Assembly (NCBI RefSeq): GCF_006345805.1
Contig: NC_043007.1
Span: forward strand, 20,770,001-20,834,000
Direction of reading: 5' to 3'
Source: Octopus sinensis
Taxonomy: Eukaryota
Length of the DNA stretch: 64,000 nucleotides
The position numbers and the translations under genes were made by a program. Below are positions 11,946 through 22,834 of the stretch, one piece after another. The notes beneath the pieces are model-generated. The model saw only the letters and a list, made by a program, of their open reading frames with translations. It did not search any database and was not told where the DNA came from. The first letter of the stretch is position 1. The number at the start of each line of letters is the position of its first letter.

Positions 11946-13062
11946 ATAGGAGAAGGAAAGATCCAGAGAAGGGAAGACAGAGGAAAAAAAAATCGCCAAC
12001 GGTACACACACGGTCACATTTTGAATTGTATATATATATATATATAATATATAATTGTATATTATATATATATATATACAATTATATATTGTATAGAGGG
12101 CATTTATGTGTATTAATGCCCTCTATACAATATAGATATAATTAATTTGTTCAAAAGAAAAAAATTATTTTCAAATTCTTTTCTTTTATGAGGTTTTCAC
12201 GCTAACTACCTGATAATTTCTTGTTAAGATCCCTTATTAAGAAGTTATCCTTAATTGTTATATATATATATATATATATAATATATATATACACAATTGG
12301 CATCCACACATTCATTCACAAGACATTGGTCAACCCAGGATTATAGTAGAAGACATTTGTCCAAGGCGCTGGGCAGTAGGACTGAACCTGAAACCGCTTG
12401 GTTTACAAAGCAAGCTCCTTAACCACACACCCATGCATGCATGAGTAAAACAAAACAACTATATGAAAATACAAAAAACAAACCAAGATGAAAATACATG
12501 AAAAACAATCGGATGAAATATAAGTGAAAAACTATGGAGATGAAAATATATACAAACTGTCTCCCGTAAACTAAATAAAAGGAAATCTTTGAGTTGAAAA
12601 TAAGTAAAACTAGGATTTCTAGGGTGGTTCCGGGTTCAGTACCACTGCGTGGCACCTTGGGCAAGTGTCTTCTACTACAGCCTCGGGCCAACCAAAGCCT
12701 TGGGAGTGGATTTGGTGGACGGAAACTGAAAGAAGCCCATCGTATATATGTATATATATATATATATGCGTGTGTGTGTGTGTATGTTTGTGTGTCTGTG
12801 TTTGTCCCCTCAACATCGCTTGACAACTGATGCTGGTGTGTTTACGTCCCTGTAACTTAGCGGTTCGGCAAAAGAGACCGATAGAATAAGTACTAGGCTT
12901 ACAAAGAATAAGTCCTGGGGTCGATCTGCTCAACTAAAGGCGGTGCTCCAGCATGGCTAAAGTCGCATGACTGAAACAAGTAAAAGAGTAAAGAGTAAAG
13001 AGTAAAAGAGTAAAGAGTAAGGAGTAGTAAATAAATGGGGAAAAAATTAAAATAAAACTTAC

Positions 13063-13396
13063 CAGAGACGTTAAGTTTACCACCAACAAACCAGTTTATT
13101 TCTCCTGTCTTAAAATCACATTTTTGAACTCTATCAAATTCTTTATCCCACAACAGGCGGCTTATGGCCAACTTTGACCAGAACAAGTCGGGCTTTTCAA
13201 TGCTAAACTTGTATAAATCGTCATGATTTCTAACAGTTGGATGGTCAGCAAATTCCGGCAAAGGACTGGTGCTGTTGAAAGGTTTCAGGGGTAGGTTTCT
13301 TGTGTAATTTAAAGAGGTAACAATTTTAAGTTGTTTAGGAATCAACAGTTGATTTCTTATAGGAGAGAAACTTAGTTTTAGTAGAGAGGCCATCAT
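13063..13396 (-). CDS. ACSS1: Acetyl-CoA synthetase, mitochondrial type, first coding exon (MMASLLKL...WFVGGKLNVS)
   Basis: Basic/Ser/Leu-rich, acid-free N-terminus like a mitochondrial presequence; LYKFSIEKPDLFW...WFVGGKLNVS is the ACS N-terminal domain; G|GTAAGT donor. Confidence 0.88.
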
Positions 13397-13614
13397 ACTA
13401 CCACACAGCTGCTGTTGAGTGAATATGATACAAAACTAAACAGTTCAGATACATCTAACCTGACCTAACTCACTTGTGATTTATGCATGAATGATTACAA
13501 TTTCATCAACAGAAAGGTTCTCCTATACAGGGAAATAACTTCACTGTGGGTATGACATTTATAAAAGTAGTTTAACTGGTCCAGCACAAGGTTAAATACA
13601 TATATATATATATT

Positions 13615-13650
<36 letters not shown>

Positions 13651-13768
13651 TATCTATATATATATATATATATGTACATATATATAATAATAATGATAAT
13701 AATTATAATTATGAAATTATTGTATACAGTGCTCAGGTGCACCACAACTTGTCAAAAGTGCGTGTAAA

Positions 13769-13822
<54 letters not shown>

Positions 13823-14707
13823 AGGAAATTAAAACTTATGGCCTATCTAATGCTTTAGAGTGAATGTCATTCTTTTGGGATATATAAACTATTGACAATA
13901 TATGCATACATATACATATATTACATATATATATATCATAAGTATATGTGTATATGAATGTGTGTATGTATATTTTTGGGATAGTTTATTTTAATTAATA
14001 CATGGAGTAGGAATATCATAAAAATACTACATACTGTATTCATGTTTATAATGCAAACACAATTTGTACCTGAATTAAAGATCTAAGTTGGTAGGTGTTT
14101 ATCACACCTGAGCTTTATTTTATTTTGTCGTTTAGCAATTTTTAGTAATGCAGGAAAAACACGCTTCTTGACTCTTCTTGGGGTAAGATTTATTTTTTTA
14201 TAAAGTATCATATGCTATTTCTTAATAATTCCATAGAAAACATCCTTCTGCTTGTTTTGCATTTTTGTTTTATCTCCAATGATTATAAAGCAAAAATGAG
14301 GTTTAATTATTTATCTGTCCATTTATTCATTTATATATGGTGTTAAGATGAAAAGTCTATGCTCCTGACCCCTGTGTGACCCCCCTTTAAAACTGGCTAG
14401 TTTTATGTGACTGATGTTCAGGTTGAACAATTATAGGAAAACTGACCCAGCAGGAGGGACAGGAAATGAATTCCAAAGGGTTTTGACCTTGATGAGAAAG
14501 GACTTAATAATTAGTATAAGCCTCCTACAGGAGGAGGAGTGGCTGTGTGGTAAGTAGCTTGCTTATGAGCCACATGGTTCCGGGTTCAGTCCCACTGCAT
14601 GGCATCTTGGGCAAGTGTCTTCTGCTATAGCCCCGGGCCGACCAATGCCTTGTGAGTGGATTTGGTAGCCGAAAACTGAAAGAAGCCCGTCGTATATATG
14701 TATATAT

Positions 14708-14745
<38 letters not shown>

Positions 14746-14817
14746 TATATATATATATTGTGTGTGTGTTTTGTGTCTGTGTTTGTTCCCCCCAAAATCG
14801 CTTGACAACCGATGCGG

Positions 14818-14917
14818 NNNNNNNNNNNNNNNNNNNNNNNNNNNNNNNNNNNNNNNNNNNNNNNNNNNNNNNNNNNNNNNNNNNNNNNNNNNNNNNNNNN
14901 NNNNNNNNNNNNNNNNN
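14818..14917. other. Assembly gap (100 N)
   Basis: Run of 100 N. Confidence 1.
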
Positions 14918-16700
14918 TTGCCCAAAGTGCCATGCAGTGGGACTGAACCCAGAACCATGTGGTTGGAAAGCAAGCTTCTGACCACACAGCCACGCCTGCA
15001 CCTGTGCACACAGCCACACCTGCACCTTGATCATAATTTATTTATTCTTTTAATGGTTTCAGTCATATGACTGCAGCCATGCTGGAGCACTGCCTTAATT
15101 TATTTTCTTCCAGTGCTAGTATTGCTTTATGGCTGACTGAGTTTATAGCAGCTGGCCTTCCTTGAATGTATCCTTCAACGGCTGGCTGATCCAGTATCAG
15201 TGTCCTTGAGAAAAATACTTTGTTTCTTGTTGCCCCAGTTCACTCAGCTGTAAATGAGCTCCACCAATAACTGGGAAGTTGACCCCTTCAACGGTCCAAT
15301 GTCCCATTCAGGGAAGAGCAGTGTGGTCTCAGGCACTTATATGCCATAGAAACCAGGAGGTTTCTACGCAGAAACCACTAGGCCATATTGAGGTACATGG
15401 CCTGGTGGTTAGATCAGCGGACTTGTAGTTGAGGGATCGTGGGTTCCAGTCTCAGACTGGATGATGTGTGCGTTTATGAGCAAAACACCTAAGCTCCACG
15501 TGACTCCGGCAGAAGGTAATGGTGAACTTCTGCTGACTCTTTCGCCCCAACTTTCTCTCACTCTTTCCTCCTGCATCTTGTAGCTCACCTGCGACGGACC
15601 GGTGTCCTGTCCAGGTGGGGAACCTATACGCCAAGGAAACCGGGAAACCGGCCCTTATGAGCTAGGCATAGCTCAAGAAGGAACAAACAAACAAAAAACT
15701 CTAATGAGTTTTAGGGCTCATGACAGACCTAAGTCTGAATAAGAAGAGAAACCTAAGATTTTAAAAATGCAGTTTTGTTGTTATGAATGTTATGAACACC
15801 AGGCAACACCTTTAATGATGCTTAAGCAATGTTAATAATGCTTTCTTTATGATACACTCTTAAGAAGTTATGGTGATTTGCTGTCCTGGAACAGATGAAT
15901 CAAGCTAAATAAAATCACTGTTTTCCATACATACAGGCTTGTCCTTTCAGATGCCAGTGGCACTTTAAAAATTACCTGTTCCAGTGCTGTGTAAATGCAC
16001 ATGTGCCAGTGGAATGTAAAAGCACCAAGCACACTCTGTTAAATGGTTGACATTAGGAAGGGCATCCAGCCATAGAAACCATGCTACAACAGACAATTGG
16101 ATTTTGGACAGCTCTCCACAGTCACACAAACAAAAGCAACATCTCAACTCTCCACAATTTGGTTGTTCACCATAACAATATTTTTCCCTGTAAACAAAGA
16201 AAATAAATACCTCCTTAATTGAAAATCTCTCGACCAGGTTTCTGTCTTCATCGTTACTCCATCTTCATTACATATGAATTGTTTGCCCATTTGCAAATGC
16301 TTTCCCAACTCTAGTAACAATGTGCTACTGAACTACTTTTAATGTTCAACGCTTCTTCTGGAGGTGGCAAGTAGAAAATAGAGGTATAAATAATTCATTA
16401 TTGCTATATCTCTTCATACTCCTTAACTTTCTGCATGAACAAACATTGTTATTGTGTTCTGCTTCAAGACTAAACATGTTCTTCTTCTGATTTCCTACAA
16501 CACAGATGGTGAAAAAACAAGGACAGAACCAAATTATATAGCTGAAAGTAAATGTTATTAAAGATACCATTTGAGCTTGCACTTTTGATAAATGATGAGC
16601 GATACTGCTTTGGTTCTTGTTTCTATTGTTTGACATCAAGTCAAGTGTGACTGAGACATTCCAACCATAACAATCTCATCTTTTTAAGGGCATTCAAAGT

Positions 16701-16810
16701 TATTGGGTTGTCCAGAAAGTTTGTGCCGATTTATAGTAGCTTACTGTTCGACTTATTTTAGAACATGGTTGAGTCCATACAATAGGATTTGACTACACCT
16801 CCATTTAGAG
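16701..16810 (+). mobile_element. Possible mariner terminal fragment
   Basis: TA-TTGGGTTGTCCAGAAAGTT...GCCGATTT resembles mariner TIRs; no partner TIR found. Confidence 0.3.
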
Positions 16811-18364
16811 CACAGTATTATATTAGATTTTGAGATCAATTGGGTACCAGACAACGATTCTGGATTATTTTTCCTGCTTTTTTTACTTGATTTTTGAGAG
16901 CAGTCAAGTTCATTTTTAGTATTCTCGTTTGTGAGAGCAGTCAAGTTTATTTCAGATACTCTCATTTTAACAATCATCTCTGACTAATCATTGAAAGGAC
17001 GTTGGTGTTGCCTTGGCAGAGGTTTGCACTCTCTGAGTGCTCTTGTTCATATTGTTTTGAATTAATCATGCAATATCTTATAGCTATGAAATTCCACTGA
17101 TGTTTTAAATGTTTTATTTTTTAAAATCACAAGTATACATATCAATGTAGTCCTTCTTTTAAAATAGTGTAACAATACTTTAATAACAAAGATGATAAAA
17201 ATAGAATTCTTTTGTAAGACTATATCAAGACTGGTTTCTTTAATTCTTTAAAATATTTTCACAGGCTTTCTAAACTGATCTTCTTGTTATACACACATAT
17301 TCACCACTATTTTTACAATTCAGAATATCTTGATTTTCCCTACAGCAGGGATAATGTTTAGAGGTGCTGGGACAGGTTCAGAAATAACGGGTACAAAATT
17401 TACTTTTACAGCATTGACACAGTACAGGATGTTTGCAATTAATGTGAAAACATTACAGATATTTCTGAATTGGCGTGGGAGTAGCTGTGTGGTAAGTAGC
17501 TTGCTTACAAACGACATGGTTCTGGGTTCAGTCCCACTGCATAGCACCTTGGGCAAATGTCTTCTACTATAGCCTTGGGCCAATTAAAGCCTTGTGAGTG
17601 GATTTGGTAGACGGAAACTGAAAGAAGCCCGTCGTATATATGTATATATATCATCATCATCATCGTTTAACGTCCGTTTTCCATGCTAGCATGGGTTGGA
17701 CGGTTCGACTGGGGTCTGGGAAGCTAGGAGGCTGCACCAGGCTCCAGTCTGATCTGGCAGTGTTTCTACGGCTGGATGCCTTTCCTAACGCCAACCACTC
17801 CATGAGTGTAGTGGGTGTTCTTTACGTGCCACCGGAAGCTGGCAACGGCCACATTCATGCCTTTTACGTGCCACTGGCACAGGTGCCAGGGGAGGCTGGC
17901 AACGGCCACGATCGGTTGATGTTTGTGTGTCTGTGTTTGTCCCCCCAACATCGCTTGACAACCGATGCTGGTGTGTTTACGTCCCCATAACTTAGCAGTT
18001 CGGCAAGAGAGACCGATAGAATAAGTACTAGGCTTACAAAGAATAAGTCCTGAGGTCAATTTGCTCGACTAAAGGTGGTGCTCCAGCATGGCCGCAGTCA
18101 AATGAGTGAAACAAGTAAAAGAGTATACTGTATACCGAGGTGGGTGTTATAAATATCTGAACATAATAAGGGTTATAACAGTGGTGACGACGATTTAGAC
18201 AACTCATAAGGAATTAATAACGAGGATTTAAACAACTTCCGAGGAATTAATAAACTCAACGAGGATAAACCAATTCACATGGAGTTAATAGAAACCTGAA
18301 GAAGAGTTAACAAACTCACAAAAGTTTTTGTTGTGCAAATTTTATGAAAAAAAATTTATGGACA

Positions 18365-18746
18365 ATTGACATTATTTACATTTGACGGATATTTGTCCTC
18401 ATCTTGTTTGCTGTTAACACAACGTTTTGGCTGATTTACCCTCCAGCCTTCTTCTGGTCTCTTAGGGAAATATTACTACTAATATTATTATTATTATCAG
18501 TAGTAGTAGTAGTAGTAGTCTGTGCTCTTGACCACTACGCCATATGCCCAGTGGTTAAGAGCATGGGCTACTAACCCCAAGATTCTGAGTTTGATTCCAA
18601 GCAATGCCCTGAACACTAATAATAATAATAATAATAACATCGAAAAATACCTTAGGAATGAGAACCTAGGTTTGAAATTTCCCCAAGATACTTGATGAAA
18701 GCTAGAGGGTATATCAGCCGAAACATTGTGTTAACAACAAACAAGC
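18365..18746. mobile_element. Head-to-head pair of a tRNA-headed element carrying a hammerhead-like pLTR tail
   Basis: Inverted arms; minus arm starts TGGCGTAGTGG (A-box), plus arm has TGCCCAGTGG...GAGTTTGATTCC; hammerhead-like motifs at 18416-18460(-) and 18687-18732(+). Confidence 0.65.
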
Positions 18747-19589
18747 ATGATTTTTATTGGCATGGGTTGGACAGTTTGACTGAGGACTGGTGAGCCATAG
18801 GTTGCACCAGGCTCAATCTGATCTGGCAGAGTTTCTACAGCTGGATACCCTTCCTAACACCAACCACTCTGAGAGTGTAGTGGGTGCTTTTTACATGCTA
18901 CCTGTATGGGAGCCAGTCTGATGGCACTGGCAGCAACCACGCTTGAACGTTGTTATTCACGTGCCACCAGCACATGTGCTGGTAAGGCGACGCTGGCCAT
19001 GAGCACGCTCGAAAGGTGCTTTTCATGTGCCACTGGTATGGGAGCCAATCTATGGCCCTGGCAACGATCATGCTCAGATGTGCTTTTAACATTCCACTGG
19101 CATGAGTGCCAATGAGGCGGTACTGTCACCGGCTACTTCAGCAATTTTGATTTGTTATCACTTGCCTCAATAGCAAAGTTCATTGTCCAATAAATGAGGG
19201 GTACTCATAAGTGAACCGGTTACACCCCACGTTCAGATGCACCCCACTTTTTAATACTCCTTTCAATCATAACATTACGTTTCTGATTTCATTTTAATTC
19301 CCTTACAAGTTTCCTTTACTGGAATAATTTTTTCTAATATTTTGCTGTTATATAATGTCATTTATTTATTTATTTATTTTTATTTTTTATTTTCTATTTT
19401 CATTTCATTGTAATTATGCACAAACCCAATAATTTTATTTCTATTTTCTGCTTACCTCTTATCTCTTATCTTCAGTGTGAAATTGTGTCACAGTGCTCTT
19501 TGTCATTTAATCATTTAAATAGTGAGTGTGAGAAACCTCAAGTACACTAACAATGAAGTAACAAATACTTGTCTGTCTATTAATGTGAA

Positions 19590-19625
<36 letters not shown>

Positions 19626-21276
19626 TCTCAAATTAACTGTATCAGTTTGAGGGTAGATCTTCTATATTTTAACTAAAAGACATTGTTAAATCAGGAAATA
19701 GAATCAGCGTTTTAGTGAATTTGTTCGAGACACAGGGATTATATTTCTGAGTGTAGAGTAAAATATCAGGTTCAGCCAGGAGAAGTGTAATGCTATACGA
19801 AGGTGAAATAGTATTATGTGCTATCGTGTGTCTCTGGTAACACGAGAGAAATGGCGAATAAACATGGTTGGTTGGAAGTGTATTGTAGTCGTATAGCTGG
19901 AACTAAATGAAAGTAAATTGAGAATGAAATCTTATGTATTAATTCCTCTATGTGCTTCATACAATAAAATTGTTGTTCCATCTTTATAACAACTGCCTAA
20001 TATTGCTTTGAAAAAAAAAAAAAAAAAAATGTTTTAAGGCCATTTTTTTTTTTAAAGCTTTAAAATAGTGGGGAATAGTCATACAGCTCCCACAACAGTT
20101 TTGAATTGCGGTTATCATGGTTACGTTTTGGGGGCAGTGATGGCCCTTCCTGTTTCTAATTCTTTTAATTACTCTTGACAGTTAGCAAGGATATGGTATA
20201 CTATTTTATTAAATCAGCAAACACTTGGTCTGATATTGCACAGAAGAAATATATATTTCTTAACTACCTACAAGGGGCTAAACACAGAGGGGACAAACAA
20301 GGACAGACAAACGGATTAAGCCGATTACATCGACCCCAGTGCGTAACTGGTACTTAATTTATCGACCCCGAAAGGATGAAAGGCAAAGTCAACTTCGGCG
20401 GAATTTGAACTCAGAACATAGCGGCAGACGAAATACCACTAAGCATTTCGCCCGGCGTGCTAACGTTTCTACCAGCTCGCCGCCAAAAGAAATATAAAAT
20501 AATCAGAGCATTTGAAGTGGTCATACCTCTCCAATAAAACCTATGAGAGGAGTGGTATTCAACCAGTACATCAAATTGAGGCCCTGGGAACCAAGGTGGG
20601 GCAAGCATAATTCTGGACGGAAATTTAAAGCTTACAGAGGGACTATTGAATAGTGAAATGTATTGTGTCAAAAAACCCATCAAACTACAACAGCAAAAGA
20701 GATAGCAGGGCTAAACAATTACTTTACTAACCAAAGCCATTCAATGCAAGCTCCATAAAACTGGAAACCATGGGAAAGATGGGAGGTAGGGACTAGGGGA
20801 CTGCAACTTCTGGACCTTTCTTCTTTCCCATCAACATTGATACACAGAAAAAAAGGGTGTCTAGACTCTCAGAAATAGACAATGGCTCAGTAGAACAATG
20901 TCGTCTTCTTTAATGAATCCTCATTCACTCTTTTTCTCTCTTCACGGTGAGCTTAGGATTTCACCCTTCACTGTTTTGTCCCTAATGTGAAGTACACACA
21001 CACACATACATATATATATATACATATACATATATACGACGAGCTTCTTTCAGTTTCTGTCTACCAAATTCACTCACAAGGCTTTGGTCGGCCCGAGACT
21101 ATAGTAAAAGACACTTGCCCAAGGTGCCACACAGTGGGACAGAACCCGGAACCATGTGGTTCGTAAGCAAGCTACTTACCACACAGCCACTCCTACGCCT
21201 GGAGTAGTAAATACTTAGTAAAACCAGTAAAGACACGACTATCTCTGACCGCATACTATGTACTCTTCTTTACTTT

Positions 21277-21747
21277 TCGGAAAAACTGGCAAGTCTTATG
21301 AGTGATGGTAGCTACAGCAAAGTAAAGAAAGACCCTACTTTGAAAACAGAGAGGAAGTTGTCACAGATCTTGATCAAGAACAAGGATCACTTTACACCAA
21401 TGAATTACAGACAACTGACTCAACACTACAGTAAATTACCACACATGTACGGTCCCCCTAAGATTCACAAGGATGGTATTCCATTAAGACCTATAGTAAG
21501 CTGTAGAGGTTCAGCATGTCATCCACTGAGCCGCTTCCTTGCGGATATAATCAGTTCATTAGCAGGAAAGCCAGCATCGTACGTGAAGAATTCCATCCAC
21601 TTCACAGAATTGATCAAGGATACCCCCATTGAATCCAATCCGATGGTGAGTCTAGATGTGATAAGTCTGTTCACCAATGTCCCAACTGGTTAAGCACTAT
21701 CGGTGATTCAGGAAAGACTGGGGATAGGTACCCATCTAAAAGAAGGC
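21277..21747 (+). mobile_element. Penelope-like element reverse transcriptase fragment
   Basis: KDPT...PHMYGPPKIHKDGIPLRPIVS...YVKNSIHF...MVSLDVISLFTNVP motifs typical of PLE RT; in-frame stop after VPTG. Confidence 0.88.
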
Positions 21748-21812
21748 ACAACAACAACAACAACATCGAAAAATACCTAAGGAATGAGAACCCAGGTTCA
21801 AAATTTCCCCAA

Positions 21813-21849
21813 GACACCTGATGAAGGCTGGAGGGTATATCAGCCGAAA
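21813..21849 (+). ncRNA. Hammerhead-like core (family H1) in the tail after the Penelope RT fragment; cleavage arm deleted
   Basis: GACAC CTGATGA A GGCTG gagggtatat CAGCC GAAA; perfect core and stem II. Confidence 0.6.
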
Positions 21850-22149
21850 TGTAAATAATGTACATAATTCCTCATCCCTTAAATATAGAACTGTATGCCC
21901 TTCCTATTGCTAACCACTTTACAGGGTGTACTGGGTGCTTTCTATGTAATGCCAGCACCAGTGAGGTCACCAAGTAACTTACAAGACAAAAGACCTGAGC
22001 TAGGGGCAGTATTGAAAGAAGTGGCTTTGTGTCAGGTGATCAGATAAGAGAGAGAGACAGAAACAGGTGTTTGCTGTAGAGGAGGAGCAATGGCTATCCT
22101 ATTTAGAAGGAGGGGAGGGGGAGAAGAGGAGGAGGAGGGGGAGGAGAAG

Positions 22150-22186
22150 AAGATAGATAGACAGACAGAGAGATAGATAGATAGAG

Positions 22187-22217
<31 letters not shown>

Positions 22218-22360
22218 TAGAGAGATAGATAGAGAGATAGATAGATAGAGAGATAGATAGATAGACAGACAGATAGATAGATAGATAGATAGAGAGAGAG
22301 ATAGATAGACAGATAGATAGAGAGAGAGAGAGATAGATAGACAGACAGATAGATAGATAG

Positions 22361-22403
<43 letters not shown>

Positions 22404-22432
22404 CAGACAGAGAATGAGACAGACAAAGACAG
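22150..22432. repeat. (AGAT/AGAC/AG)n compound microsatellite
   Basis: Directly visible, downstream of the TARBP1 3' end. Confidence 0.95.
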
Positions 22433-22581
22433 AGAGGGTCAGGATGGTGGTGAAGATGTTTTGGGAGTATAACAACCTCAAATAACAGGAGGTAAATACA
22501 AATGAATGTTTATCAATACAAAGAAATATTTGGCAATTCGAACGAATATCTGATGATATAAATAAATAGAGAGAAATTAAT

Positions 22582-22610
22582 TTTATTTCAATATAATCAG
22601 CAATTTTATT
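22582..22610 (-). promoter_or_regulatory. Candidate polyadenylation signals for TARBP1 (two AATAAA)
   Basis: TTTATT on the + strand at 22605-22610 and 22582-22587, 60-90 nt past the stop codon. Confidence 0.55.
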
Positions 22611-22671
22611 CATAATTTACATCTGGGTATCAATGGATATTGAATCCATCCGCACCAATGGATCTCCACGT

Positions 22672-22834
22672 TCAGTTAATGACACCTGAGCTGTAGAGTT
22701 GACGTGTATATTCCCACATCAGTATCGCTCCACTGACGTGGACATTGAGAGAACGGACAATTCCTTGTTGTGGAATCTCAACACACACATCCAAGAGGGG
22801 GATTAGGTTGGCTGGAATGCCTTCGCGTTCGTTC
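22672..22834 (-). CDS. TARBP1: TARBP1 last coding exon 26 (NEREGIP...[29 protein letters not shown])
   Basis: ttctag| acceptor; SPOUT knot motifs; TGA at 22674-22672. Confidence 0.94.

Noticed and set aside
22032-22613. 193-aa ORF rich in LSIY repeats
   Set aside because: Translation of the (AGAT)n microsatellite.
22600-22672. TGA stop followed by a small hairpin (possible SECIS or readthrough)
   Set aside because: No AUGA/GA quartet or apical AA geometry; the protein is already complete after the SpoU domain.
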